Source of the DNA: an uncultured Chloroflexia bacterium
GTDB taxonomy: Bacteria; Chloroflexota; Anaerolineae; Anaerolineales; UBA4823
Reading direction: 5' to 3'
Length of the DNA: 64,000 nt
Assembly (NCBI GenBank): GCA_963793095.1
Contig: CAWBYY010000008.1
Location: 10,644 to 74,643, forward strand
Below are positions 40,433 through 50,408 of the stretch, one piece after another. The notes under the pieces were generated by a model. It had not been told where the DNA came from. It was given only the letters and a program-made list of their open reading frames with translations, and did not search any database. The position numbers and the translations under genes are program-made. Position 1 is the stretch's first letter. Each line of letters starts with the position of its first letter.

Positions 40433-41119
40433 ATGCAAATAGAAATTTTATACCGACCAGCTTATTCTTTGGCGAGAATAAAGCTTACTGGTGGCGAAGA
40501 GGTAAAAGTCGAAGCAGGATCCATGGTCAGTATGTCGGGCGGGGTTACTCTAAAGACGGAGGCCACCGGAGGATTGCTGAAGTCTCTCGGCAGGGCTTTT
40601 TTTGGAGGTGAGAGTTTCTTCCAGAACACCTACATGGCCCCAAGTAATGGTGGGGAGATTTCGGTCGCGCCCGCACTACCCGGTGATGTCCTGGCTGTTG
40701 ATCTCAGTCAGGAATCTTTGATGGTCCAATCCGGTTCCTACATGGCTTCTGAGATCGGCATCGAACTGGATACCCGCTGGTCCGGAGCGAAGACTTTTTT
40801 TGCATCCGAGGGCGCGATCATGCTGAGAACAAGGGGGACCGGCAAGATGGTGCTTTCTGCCTACGGCGCCATACACGAGATTTTACTTGAATACGGCCAG
40901 TCCTATACTGTCGATACCGGCCACCTGGTGGCTTTCACAGAAGGCATAGACTTTAAAGTCCGTAAAGTGGGCGGATTAAAATCAACTCTTTTCAGCGGTG
41001 AAGGGTTGGTGGTCGACCTGACTGGACCGGGGAGAGTGTTACTGCAGACTCGTTCGACGGATCAATTTCTATCCTGGTTGATACCGCAATTGCCACATGC
41101 GGAAGACCAGACTCAATAA
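40433..41119 (+). CDS. TIGR00266 / AIM24 family protein
   Basis: EAGSMVSM, GGESFFQN, VDTGHLVAF, SGEGLV and GPGRVLLQTR motifs. Confidence 0.92.
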   Translation: MQIEILYRPAYSLARIKLTGGEEVKVEAGSMVSMSGGVTLKTEATGGLLKSLGRAFFGGESFFQNTYMAPSNGGEISVAPALPGDVLAVDLSQESLMVQSGSYMASEIGIELDTRWSGAKTFFASEGAIMLRTRGTGKMVLSAYGAIHEILLEYGQSYTVDTGHLVAFTEGIDFKVRKVGGLKSTLFSGEGLVVDLTGPGRVLLQTRSTDQFLSWLIPQLPHAEDQTQ

Positions 41120-41188
41120 TAAGTTGTTCCCCGCTACAATAACCTGTTATTACAGATTTGTGATATCTACCATGTTGAAGCCGGAATA

Positions 41189-42013
41189 TCAATCAACCAG
41201 CATCACCCAGACGTCCACCGGTTGGCTCTTGCCTTTTAACTCCAGGGTTCGTTTTTGGAGCCGGCCGGGGTCGATTCCGGCGGAAGAAAGGGCAGATTCG
41301 CTGACCAGTATCTCGCCTTCACCTGCGCTGGAAGAAAGACGGGCGGCGGTGTTGGGCACGTCGCCCAGGACAGTGATATCGGCTGTGCCTTCTTCTGAAC
41401 CGAGCGCACCGACGAATGCTACTCCAGTGTGCACTCCCGCGCCCAGAGGGATCCAGGGACCGTCCGGGCTGCTGTAGCCCGCATCGCTAAGAATCTGGCG
41501 GCCTGCTTCAACTGCCCGGCGAGCGTGATGCTCCCCGGCGAAACCGGGCACATACATCCCGGCTGCCTGGTCGCCGATGATTTTATCGATCAGGGCATCG
41601 GTATGGACCATAACATGGGTGGCGGTCCGGTAAAAACGGTTTATTAACCGGCTGTACTCGCTTGTGCTCATGCCTTCCGCAAGGGAGGTCGAGCCGCGCA
41701 CATCAACAAACAACAGGGAGAGTTCAACCTCTGCCCCGCCCTGGTATTCCCGGGCGAACACCTCGCACACGTTACACAACTGGGGATTCAAATTTGAAGG
41801 TTTTTTTCCGTACAGCATGCTTACAACCCGGCTGCCGGCGCCCTGAAACGGTGCGTAGCAGTTCTTGCAGCGCGGTGATCCTGGCAGCATCCGGAAGAAC
41901 TTTCGCTGGCGGGTTTCCTTAACAAATTCTCCGGTTGTCAGGTATTTGCGCCAGAATTCTTCCACCATTGTTTCATTTAAAGTTGAATCTGTTGACATTG
42001 GCTGCTTCTCCAT
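41189..42013 (-). CDS. Class III adenylate/guanylate cyclase with N-terminal CxxC...CxxC domain
   Basis: PRCKNCYAPF...LCNVCE; FVDVRGST, DKIIGD, GDVPNTAARL and LKGK motifs. Confidence 0.88.
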   Translation of the reverse strand: MEKQPMSTDSTLNETMVEEFWRKYLTTGEFVKETRQRKFFRMLPGSPRCKNCYAPFQGAGSRVVSMLYGKKPSNLNPQLCNVCEVFAREYQGGAEVELSLLFVDVRGSTSLAEGMSTSEYSRLINRFYRTATHVMVHTDALIDKIIGDQAAGMYVPGFAGEHHARRAVEAGRQILSDAGYSSPDGPWIPLGAGVHTGVAFVGALGSEEGTADITVLGDVPNTAARLSSSAGEGEILVSESALSSAGIDPGRLQKRTLELKGKSQPVDVWVMLVD

Positions 42014-42196
42014 ACTGCCTGAAATATCGTTTTTTTGTTTTCAGGCTTATATGATAATTATAACCTGACATATCCAAAATCTTTGTCCAATAACTTTCTG
42101 GAAGTTTTGGTGTTAAAGTAATTATGAAAATCCCTAGAGTAAAGGGTAATAAATTCATATTTAATACAGTTTCTTAGATTTGAAAAGGAGCAAATT

Positions 42197-42769
42197 ATGT
42201 TAATGGATAGAATTATTGGAGCTTTTACTTTTCGTAAAGGGGTGTACGCCGAGGTCGAAAATGACGCCAGTTTCACGTCGACCGCCTGGTTGATCGTAGC
42301 GGTTGTGGCGATTCTCAACCAGATTGGAACAAATGCCTCAACCAATGTGCTCGGCTGGTTGGGAGGAGCCGTCGTTGGAACCCTCTTTGCAGTAGCCGGG
42401 TTTGCGGTAGGTGCCTGGGTAATTAATTGGGTAGGACGGGCGGTATTCCATGCCGATGTGACGTTTGAGGAGATGGTGCGTACGCTTGGTCTGGCTTACG
42501 TCTGGAATGTAATCGGTTTCCTGGGCATTTTTGTAGGGTTTATTCCGGCTTTGGGCTGTTTGTTAGGGCCGATTATGGTTCTTGCGGTGATCGCCCTGAT
42601 TGTGGCCTGGTTCATTGCGGCAAAGGAAGCCCTTGATCTAGAGTGGCTCCAGACAATTGTCACTGTCGTGCTGGGATGGATTGCCCTGGTTGTTATCGCA
42701 ATGATCGGCGGAGCAATTCTGGCGATGCTGGGTTGGGGAGCAGGCCAGATCGGAGGTCTTTTTGGTTGA
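42197..42769 (+). CDS. Yip1 family membrane protein
   Basis: YAEVEND..FT..AWLIV and RTLGLAY patterns, five TM helices. Confidence 0.8.
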   Translation: MLMDRIIGAFTFRKGVYAEVENDASFTSTAWLIVAVVAILNQIGTNASTNVLGWLGGAVVGTLFAVAGFAVGAWVINWVGRAVFHADVTFEEMVRTLGLAYVWNVIGFLGIFVGFIPALGCLLGPIMVLAVIALIVAWFIAAKEALDLEWLQTIVTVVLGWIALVVIAMIGGAILAMLGWGAGQIGGLFG

Positions 42770-42797
42770 TAAATGGAGATAATTATTTCTGATTAAA

Positions 42798-43670
42798 GTG
42801 GAACGCGATCTGTTTTATATAATCTCCCTACCGGAGCGCGCCCTGCGCGCTTCGGCTGTTTTTCTGGGAGGTTCTATCTACGAAACAACCGAGACGCTGA
42901 TACCGGAGTGGGTTCGTGAAACGCGTCTGTACCAGGCAATTGTTGCAGGATTACTTAGAATCACTATTGAATTGGTCGGAGGCGCAAAAGGTCTGCTTCC
43001 CGATCATGAGGTTGAGGTCCGGGAATTTGCCCTGCGCAAAGCAGCTGGAACCGGGATTGAGATGGCAGGTTTTTTGACGGTCGGCTGGTCGCCTTTGTGG
43101 CTGTTCGCTGTGGCAGCGGACATGACGGGAGGTGTGCGGACTTACTTAGATGCATTGGTTGAACAGCTAAAGCTGGACGGTATGCTGCTGGAGGATGCAG
43201 AGATTAATTCGACCAAAGAACTGTTGGATGCCTTTGAAGGGGCAACAGACCTTGTTGCAGAAAACATTGATATCCCCCCATTAACAATAAGGGAACTGCA
43301 GTCTGCCTGGCAGAAGTTAAAATTGAATGTTCATGATCTTCCGGATCCTGACCGGCTGAACCGGATTTACCAGGAGTTGAGGCAGACGGCGGATCGGGGA
43401 GATTCTTCCTTGGGAGATCTATCGAAATTACTGGCGTTCAGCGCCATCCGGGCAGGAATTCAGATTGGCAATGTTCACATCTTTGATTTTTACCGATCCG
43501 CTCTGCGAGAGATTGAGGATGAAGGTCTGCATCTTTATACCAAGCGGTTGTCCAGGCCTTACCTGGCAGCAGCAAGGGCTCATTTTGACCCGGAGCAGAT
43601 CACATATACACAGCGCCTTCTGCCGCATGGAAGAACGAAGTGTAAAAATCAAGTTGTTGATTCAGATTGA
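42798..43670 (+). CDS. Hypothetical protein
   Basis: 290-aa ORF in apparent operon context (SLPER, GWSPLWLFA). Confidence 0.75.
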   Translation: MERDLFYIISLPERALRASAVFLGGSIYETTETLIPEWVRETRLYQAIVAGLLRITIELVGGAKGLLPDHEVEVREFALRKAAGTGIEMAGFLTVGWSPLWLFAVAADMTGGVRTYLDALVEQLKLDGMLLEDAEINSTKELLDAFEGATDLVAENIDIPPLTIRELQSAWQKLKLNVHDLPDPDRLNRIYQELRQTADRGDSSLGDLSKLLAFSAIRAGIQIGNVHIFDFYRSALREIEDEGLHLYTKRLSRPYLAAARAHFDPEQITYTQRLLPHGRTKCKNQVVDSD

Positions 43671-43688
43671 AAACCTTTTAAAAATCAA

Positions 43689-44600
43689 ATGAGAGAGAGT
43701 AAAGGAGAAGCGATGGAATCCGAACACGGAGATTTATCTTTTTTTGTATCCCAGTTGTACGCATTGGCTGCCAAGCTGGAGGGTGAAGGCCAGTATAATC
43801 TGGCAAAGCTGGAGCGCTGCGCCGCGGATGCCATCTGCCGCCAGGCGGCATACGGACTGGAAATGCCATCAAACCGGGAGGAACTGGCGGCTGAGGTAAA
43901 GAATTCTGCCGGCGCCATATCTGAACTCAATACCAGCCCGGAGCTGGTGGAAGCGATCCTGCACGGTGCTGAGATCATGGCTGACGGACAGCTTCCTTTT
44001 ATCGATGTGGCTCCGAACCCGTATTTATGCCGCTACTGCGGGTATGTGACCCTGACCAGGCCGGCGGTAAACTGCCCGAACTGCAGCGCCCGCCCGGATA
44101 CATTTAAGCTGTTCAACCCGGTGTACTGGCTGGACAGGTTCGACCCGTTTGAAGTCATGATCCGGCTGGAACAAACCCCGGCAGACCTGGCGGTGCTGCT
44201 GGATGGGTTGTCGGAAGACCAAATGAGCCGGATTCCACAGGAAGACGGGTGGAACGTGCGCAACGCCGTGTCCCACCTGAGGGATGCCCAGGGCGTACTG
44301 GAATTCCGGGTAAAGCTGATGCTGGAGCAGGATAACCCCAGGCTCGAGTCAAAGGCGGTGTTCGAGTGGGCTGCGGATGAGGCTGACCGCCCTGCATCTG
44401 TTGAAGAGATATTCAGGACATACCGGGATTCTCGCCTGAAAACTATTGCGATCCTGGAGGAACTGCCGCTGGCTGAGTGGTGGCGAAAAGGGCAGCACGA
44501 GGAGTTTGGCGAGGTGACCATCACCCAGCAGGCCAGTTATTTCGCGGCACACGAGCTGACCCATTTCCCGCAAATTGAAAAGCTGGTCGATAATCTGTAA
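43689..44600 (+). CDS. DinB-family protein with rubredoxin-like CxxC/CPxC insert
   Basis: YLCRYCGY...CPNC, then WNVRNAVSHL and HELTHFPQI DinB histidines. Confidence 0.85.
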   Translation: MRESKGEAMESEHGDLSFFVSQLYALAAKLEGEGQYNLAKLERCAADAICRQAAYGLEMPSNREELAAEVKNSAGAISELNTSPELVEAILHGAEIMADGQLPFIDVAPNPYLCRYCGYVTLTRPAVNCPNCSARPDTFKLFNPVYWLDRFDPFEVMIRLEQTPADLAVLLDGLSEDQMSRIPQEDGWNVRNAVSHLRDAQGVLEFRVKLMLEQDNPRLESKAVFEWAADEADRPASVEEIFRTYRDSRLKTIAILEELPLAEWWRKGQHEEFGEVTITQQASYFAAHELTHFPQIEKLVDNL

Positions 44601-44624
44601 ACAATATCCGGGAGGCGTTAGATT

Positions 44625-45392
44625 ATGAAGAACAGGGTGATCGTATCGCCGTTTTTCCTGGACGAGCCGGAGCCGGAGCTGGAAGCGCTGGCGGGGGCGG
44701 ACTGGTATTTGAATAAACCGGAACTGCCGGCAGGTGACAGGATGCACCGGATGGCGACCCTGCACCAGGGCATCGCCAATTTTACAGAGATGGCGCTGGC
44801 GGCGGGTGAGAGACCGGTCAGCTATGCAGGAGACTGCTGCGCGGTGATCGGGGTGCAGGCCGGATTACAAAGGGCTGGGCTCGAGACCACCTTATTATGG
44901 CTGGACGCCCACGGGGATTTTAACACCTGGGAGACCAGCCCGAGCGGATTTCTGGGCGGCATGCCGCTGGCGATGATCGCCGGCAGGGGTGAATTGACTC
45001 TGCTTGATGCGCTGGAAATGCAGCCCCTGGCAGAGGAAAGGGTGATCCTATGCGATGCCCGTGATCTCGATCCAGGAGAAAAAGAAGCCGTAGCCCGATC
45101 GAATATCCTGCACCTGAGAGACCCGGTGTCGCTGCTGGAGGATGACCTGCCGGAGGGCCCCCTGTACGTGCATTTTGATGTGGACATCCTCGATCCGGGT
45201 GAAGCGCCGGCGGTCAGCTATCCCGCCCCGGGCGGGCCTTCAGCAGGTGAACTGGAACGGATTTTCAGACGCCTGGCGAAGAGCGGGCAGGTTGCCGCCG
45301 CCTCGATTTCATCCTGGAATCCAGAACTGGACGGGGACCTGTCCACCCGGAAATTGTGTGTTCGCCTGTTTAATATCCTGGTGGGCGGTTGA
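44625..45392 (+). CDS. Arginase/ureohydrolase family protein
   Basis: WLDAHGDFN, SPSG...GMP and HFDVDILDP motifs; the first His motif is replaced by GDCC. Confidence 0.88.
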   Translation: MKNRVIVSPFFLDEPEPELEALAGADWYLNKPELPAGDRMHRMATLHQGIANFTEMALAAGERPVSYAGDCCAVIGVQAGLQRAGLETTLLWLDAHGDFNTWETSPSGFLGGMPLAMIAGRGELTLLDALEMQPLAEERVILCDARDLDPGEKEAVARSNILHLRDPVSLLEDDLPEGPLYVHFDVDILDPGEAPAVSYPAPGGPSAGELERIFRRLAKSGQVAAASISSWNPELDGDLSTRKLCVRLFNILVGG

Positions 45393-45444
45393 GGGTTTTT
45401 TCGTATCTGCTGGCAAAACCCGGACAATTGGGATGGAGTCTCGT

Positions 45445-45473
45445 TTGACATGCAATTTATTTGTTGTTAGAAT
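45445..45473 (+). promoter_or_regulatory. Sigma70 promoter of the cold-shock gene
   Basis: TTGACA-N17-TAGAAT, giving a 5' UTR of about 100 nt. Confidence 0.7.
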
Positions 45474-45576
45474 TTTTCAGGCGGTGCCAATGCGCCGGCA
45501 ATACCCTCCGGACTATGCCGGTTTATACCCCCTGTCAGGGGAAGTGTAATGTAATTCTAATAAAAGGAAAAGAACT

Positions 45577-45786
45577 GTGGAAGAAAGAGAAGTCGGAATT
45601 GTAAAATGGTTCAGCGATTCTAAGGGCTACGGATTTATAACACGCGAGAGCGGTGAGGATCTGTTTGTCCATTACACTGAAATTACGGGAGAAGGATTTC
45701 GAACGCTTGAAGAAGGCCAGAGAGTGGAATACTCTGTTGAGGAGACCGAAAAAGGGCTGCAGGCAAGCAGAGTGATGGCGTTGTAA
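45577..45786 (+). CDS. cspA: Cold-shock protein (CspA family)
   Basis: GIVKWF...KGYGFI (RNP1), DLFVHY (RNP2) and GFRTLEEGQRV. Confidence 0.93.
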   Translation: MEEREVGIVKWFSDSKGYGFITRESGEDLFVHYTEITGEGFRTLEEGQRVEYSVEETEKGLQASRVMAL

Positions 45787-45812
45787 TTAGATTTTGCTAA
45801 AAATTATCGACC

Positions 45813-45847
45813 AAAAAATCCCTCCCAATTGTTTGGGTGGGATTTTT
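45813..45847. terminator. Bidirectional intrinsic terminator
   Basis: AAAAAATCCCTCCCAA...TTGGGTGGGATTTTT. Confidence 0.75.
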
Positions 45848-46042
45848 GAATTTAATCCGCCTGGATCCGGGAAGAATTCCGCCACCAAAATCACCCCTGG
45901 ATTCAGGTCCTGAAAACCAGGCAGATTTTCTCTCTACAGGGGGAGATAACCAGAAAAATTACTATTCCCGTTAACCGGACCGCAAATAATGACAGAAAAC
46001 GGCAGGTTGGATTTGATTAACCCCGATCCCCGGATAATCCTA

Positions 46043-46903
46043 TCAGAAGATGACCGACGCTATCAAAAGCATAGCCAGGAACATGTAGAGCGAAGCGTAT
46101 TTAAACAGACCGAAATTGAGCCGTTCCGAAGGGCGGACCATACTGGCGCCAGCCAGAAAAATCAATCCCGCTGAGAGCACTGCCAGCAGGCGCATACTCC
46201 CGCCCTCAAGGTTGATTCCGACCGCGGCGGCTCCAATAGCGAGGGCTGCCAGCGCGCTGGAAACTGAAATAATCCGGTGGGTCGTCCTGACCCCATAGCG
46301 GGAGGGGAAGGTTGGAATCCCAGCCCGGTCGTAATCGTCCTGGTAGCGGATACTGAATGTGAGAATATGGGTCGGGATCCAGAACAGGACTGAAAGGCTC
46401 ATCAATATGCCTATCCATTCGATTGCACCTGTTCCCAGGGCGCGGCCCGCCAGGACAGGCATCCCGCCGGCGAGGCCCCCCCAGATAACCGACCAGGGGG
46501 TGCGGCGCTTAAGCCAGATTGTGTACAGTAAAACATCAAATACAATCCCCGCCAGAACGATAGTGCCGTAAAGGGGGTCGATCGCAAGAGCCCAGCCAAC
46601 GCCAAGAAAAGATAGGAACAACCCCAGTACTAACGCCTTCTTGAGGGTGATCTGGCCTGAGGGAAGCGGTCGCCAGCAGGTGCGTTTCATTATGGCGTCG
46701 ATATCGTGATCGTGCCACATGTTCAACACCGTGCTGCCGCTGATCGCCAGAAACAGGCTTCCGGCAACTCCCACGACGGTCGCGATGTTAAACCAGGGAC
46801 AGCGCGAGCTCATAAAACCAGCCAGCCCAGTGGTAATCAGCAAAAAGGTCTGGGGGCTCTTTATCAGTGACCAGTAGAACTTTAATTTCGGTTTGGAATT
46901 CAT
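46043..46903 (-). CDS. ctaB: Protoheme IX farnesyltransferase (UbiA family)
   Basis: NMWHDHDIDAIMKRT..RPLPSG, YTIWLKRRTP, FWIPTH and DDYDRAGIP motifs. Confidence 0.85.
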   Translation of the reverse strand: MNSKPKLKFYWSLIKSPQTFLLITTGLAGFMSSRCPWFNIATVVGVAGSLFLAISGSTVLNMWHDHDIDAIMKRTCWRPLPSGQITLKKALVLGLFLSFLGVGWALAIDPLYGTIVLAGIVFDVLLYTIWLKRRTPWSVIWGGLAGGMPVLAGRALGTGAIEWIGILMSLSVLFWIPTHILTFSIRYQDDYDRAGIPTFPSRYGVRTTHRIISVSSALAALAIGAAAVGINLEGGSMRLLAVLSAGLIFLAGASMVRPSERLNFGLFKYASLYMFLAMLLIASVIF

Positions 46904-47210
46904 CGAAGGATTCGTTTTGTCAATAAATCTGGTTGCCGGGCACAGCGGAAGAAGAGGTTCAGGCTGCAGTACTCCAGGCCAGCAACCTGGCTTGTCCGGG
47001 TGGTCAGATTATACCCGCAATTATGCTCTCCGCCGTTGCGCACATTAAGCAGGTGGGCGTCCTTTTCAACATAAAACCCAAAAAAATCAGGCCGAAAAAG
47101 TTGTTCTGATGGAAATTGCCCGTGAGAAGAGTGTTCAGGGGTGACGCTTTATGAGCCTTTCTGGTGCAGTGAGAGCCCTGGAATCCGGCTGAAATCCTGC
47201 CAGAGGTGCC

Positions 47211-48875
47211 TCACTCCCATTCGATGGTTGCAGGGGGTTTGGATGTTATGTCGTAAACAACCCGGTTAATCCCCTCCACCTCGTTGACAATCCGGTTTGA
47301 GATTTTTTCCAGCACAGAATGAGGCAGCCTTGCCCAATCCGCAGTCATAAAATCGGTTGTGGTGACCGCCCGGACAGCGGCTGTTTCCTGAAATGTGCGC
47401 TGGTCGCCCATCACACCGACTGACCTGACCGGCAGTAAAACCATAAAGGCCTGGGCGATGGTACCCTTGTTTGTGTCATTTCGGGATTCCTGGAAGTAAC
47501 CGCCATGTGTAAGCTCTTCCAGCAGGATTTCATCGGCGGCTCTCAGCCGGTCCAGCCTTTCCCGGGTGATCTCGCCCAAACAACGGACTGCCAATCCCGG
47601 TCCGGGAAACGGCTGGCGCCAGACTATTTCTCCCGGAAGTCCAAGATGCTCGCCCACCAGGCGCACTTCATCCTTAAACAGATAGCGCAGGGGTTCAACC
47701 AGTTTGAAATCCATATCCTGCGGTAATCCACCCACATTGTGATGGGACTTAATCCGCTGGGCTTTTGAGCGGTCAGGCGCGCTTGATTCGACCACGTCCG
47801 GGTAAATCGTACCCTGGACAAGATATGGCGGTGAACCGAGCGAACCTGCCTGCTCTTCAAAAATACGGATAAAACACTCGCCGATAACATGCCTTTTACG
47901 TTCGGGATCAGTGATCCCCTCCAGCGCGGCAAGAAAAACATCTTCCGCCTCTACCAAAACCAGTTCGACTCCCAGGTGCTGCTGGAGCGAGGTTTTTACA
48001 GCAGCCGCTTCGCCTTTACGCAGCATTCCCGTATCAACAAACACAGCTGCCAGCTGTTGGCCGACTGCCTTGCCTACCAGTGCAGTCGCCACGCTTAAGT
48101 CAACCCCGCCGCTCACAGCCGAGAGCACCATATCCGAACCCACCAGCTGGCGAACATTCTGGATAGCCTGGGTGGTCATCGACTCAGGCGTCCAGTCAGG
48201 CTTCATTCCGCATATGTTCAGGGCGAAATTGCGCAGTATTTCGACGCCCCGGGGTGTGTGCTGCACTTCGGGGTGGAACTGAACCCCGAAGTAGCTGCGT
48301 TTCAGATCAGCAATTGCAGCAACCGGCGAATTGGGGCTGCTGCCCACTGTCTCGAATCCGGGCGGCGGGGACTCTATTCTATCGCCATGCGACATCCAGA
48401 CGGTGAAATCCCCGGGGGGCAGCAATGGGTTGTCCCGGATTGTGGCAAACCTGGCAGAGCCGTATTCATGGACGTCTGCCGGCGCAACAAGGCCTCCGAG
48501 GGTGTGGGTCAATACCTGCATGCCGTAGCAGATTCCCAGGATGGGCAGTTTGCTTTCGAACACATAATCCGGAATGGAAGGCGCATCACCCAGGTAAACG
48601 GAAGCCGGGCCGCCAGAGAGCACAAAACCAGCCGGGTTCGCCCTCAGCACATCCTCAACGGGCGCATCCCAGGGGAAAAGCTGGCAGAAAACCTGGCTTT
48701 CGCGGATGCGCCGGGCTATTAACTGGGAGGTCTGGGAACCGAAATCAAGGACTGCGATAGATTTGAAGCCCATTTGATTATGAGTGTCATGCGGGTCCGG
48801 GTACGTGCCGGTTTGGGATGATTTATCAATACCAGGATAATCAAGCGGTTCTGGGGTTAGGCTCATCGAATTCAA
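47211..48875 (-). CDS. guaA: GMP synthase (glutamine-hydrolysing); true start possibly 48773
   Basis: LDFGSQ, GICYGMQ, QFHPEV, IKSHHNVGGLP, PFPGPGL and YDITSKPPATIEWE motifs. Confidence 0.97.
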   Translation of the reverse strand: MNSMSLTPEPLDYPGIDKSSQTGTYPDPHDTHNQMGFKSIAVLDFGSQTSQLIARRIRESQVFCQLFPWDAPVEDVLRANPAGFVLSGGPASVYLGDAPSIPDYVFESKLPILGICYGMQVLTHTLGGLVAPADVHEYGSARFATIRDNPLLPPGDFTVWMSHGDRIESPPPGFETVGSSPNSPVAAIADLKRSYFGVQFHPEVQHTPRGVEILRNFALNICGMKPDWTPESMTTQAIQNVRQLVGSDMVLSAVSGGVDLSVATALVGKAVGQQLAAVFVDTGMLRKGEAAAVKTSLQQHLGVELVLVEAEDVFLAALEGITDPERKRHVIGECFIRIFEEQAGSLGSPPYLVQGTIYPDVVESSAPDRSKAQRIKSHHNVGGLPQDMDFKLVEPLRYLFKDEVRLVGEHLGLPGEIVWRQPFPGPGLAVRCLGEITRERLDRLRAADEILLEELTHGGYFQESRNDTNKGTIAQAFMVLLPVRSVGVMGDQRTFQETAAVRAVTTTDFMTADWARLPHSVLEKISNRIVNEVEGINRVVYDITSKPPATIEWE

Positions 48876-49431
48876 TCAGGTCACCCTGCATCGATTTGAT
48901 GGAAACAAGTGAGATGACTGGCACTTTCAGATAGGCGAGGGCTTTACGTCCACCTTCAAAGCTCTTCTCGATCAGGGTCCCTATCCCAACGATCTGAGCC
49001 CCGGCAGCCAGGGTAAGCTGGACCAATCCCTGGATGGTCGCCCCGCTTGCCAGGAAATCATCAATAATCAGCACCCGTTCACCGGAAGAGAGATACTCGG
49101 GCGATACGATCAGCTCCACCATGCGGCCTTTTGTGTGAGATGGTGAAAGGATCAGCAGGACCTGGTCAGGCATTGTTATGGGCTTGTGTTTGCGGGCGTA
49201 GACCACCGGCAGGTCCATGAAACGTCCGGTCATCAAAGCCGGCGCGATGCCTGAGATTTCAGCGGTCAGAATTTTACTGGCCTGGATATCTTTAAACAGG
49301 GATGCGAATTGTTTTCCGCAGGCTTCCATTAACGCAGGGTCCACCTGGTGGTTGATAAATCCATCAACTTTCAATATCCCATCCCCAAGATTTTTGCCCT
49401 CATTTAATATACGTTCCTGTAATTCTTTCAT
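48841..49431 (-). CDS. xpt: Xanthine phosphoribosyltransferase
   Basis: ILKVDGFINHQVDP, IIDDFLASG PRPP loop and IEKSFEGGR. Confidence 0.93.
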   Translation of the reverse strand: MKELQERILNEGKNLGDGILKVDGFINHQVDPALMEACGKQFASLFKDIQASKILTAEISGIAPALMTGRFMDLPVVYARKHKPITMPDQVLLILSPSHTKGRMVELIVSPEYLSSGERVLIIDDFLASGATIQGLVQLTLAAGAQIVGIGTLIEKSFEGGRKALAYLKVPVISLVSIKSMQGDLIEFDEPNPRTA

Positions 49432-49615
49432 CGATTTTCCCGGGTGTTTGTCCAGAACGGGATAGTAAAACTGGGTACCGTAAAATTATCCGGTTTTGAC
49501 CAATATTGTAACCCCTCCCGGGATGCCTTACAGGGTTAATTTAGAAATAAGTTCCATATTACAGATATCAGTCTGAACAGTGAAATTTGTCATTGGCGAA
49601 ATCGACCTGGAAATG

Positions 49616-49638
49616 TATAATATTATGGCAAGCCATAA
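49616..49638 (+). promoter_or_regulatory. -10 element plus palindromic operator candidate for the DtxR-family regulator
   Basis: TATAAT at 49616-49621 followed by TTATGGC-AA-GCCATAA at 49623-49638. Confidence 0.55.
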
Positions 49639-49672
49639 AAATTACCCCAAATTCTATATGGAAAGACATAAA

Positions 49673-50404
49673 ATGGAGCTGCGAAGTTACCGGGAGCTGA
49701 GTGAGAACGAGCAAATGTACCTGGTTACAATTGCTAAATTACAGGAAAACGGGGGCGAACGACTGGTGCCGTTATCCGACCTGGCGGAGACGCTTTCATT
49801 TTTGCCGGTTTCAGTCAACCAGATGATCCGCAAACTGGCGGATGACGGTCTGCTTGATTACCAGCCGTACAAAGGGGTCGACTTCAGCCCGGCCGGGCGG
49901 GAGATTGTTTTACGGATACTGCGCTACCGCAGGTTGTGGGAGGTCTTCTTGGTTAAACACCTGAATTTTGACCTGGATGAAGCCGACGCGCTTGCCTGCC
50001 GCATGGAACACATCACAAACGACCGGGTAGCGGATAGATTGTCCGGATTCCTCGGCAACCCGCAGGTATGCTACCACGGGCATACGATACCTTCACCGGG
50101 AGGCAAATACGAAACCGTTCCCCAAATCGCTCTGAATAAACTGGGTGCAGGAGAGGTCGCCAGGGTAAGAGGGATCATGGCCGACCCAGCCGCCGTGTCG
50201 TTCTTGAGAAATGAAGATTTGCAGCCCGGCAGCCAGGTCAGAGTGCTTGGAATCGGAGATGGAGGAGCGATGCTCCTTGAAGTAAACGACCATCAGGTCA
50301 ATTTATCGGCGGGTATCGCCAGCCAAGTGGTTGTCGAAGCAGAGTTTACGGAGAACCGCTCAGGGTTTCCCACACCTGGGGACCAGGATGGGATTGGCAG
50401 GTAG
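49673..50404 (+). CDS. DtxR/MntR family metal-dependent repressor with C-terminal FeoA domain
   Basis: MYLVTI...SVNQMIRKL...YQPYKGV, RRLWEVFL, ACRMEH and CYHGHTIP motifs. Confidence 0.9.
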   Translation: MELRSYRELSENEQMYLVTIAKLQENGGERLVPLSDLAETLSFLPVSVNQMIRKLADDGLLDYQPYKGVDFSPAGREIVLRILRYRRLWEVFLVKHLNFDLDEADALACRMEHITNDRVADRLSGFLGNPQVCYHGHTIPSPGGKYETVPQIALNKLGAGEVARVRGIMADPAAVSFLRNEDLQPGSQVRVLGIGDGGAMLLEVNDHQVNLSAGIASQVVVEAEFTENRSGFPTPGDQDGIGR

Positions 50405-50408
50405 AGAG

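Noticed and set aside
46904-47000. Possible remnant of an upstream gene before ctaB (LEYCSLNLFFRCARQP)
   Set aside because: Too short and ambiguous to support without a search.
49432-49580. Purine riboswitch upstream of xpt-guaA
   Set aside because: I could not find the conserved core (TATAAT...GATATGG...GTTTCTACC) on the minus strand.
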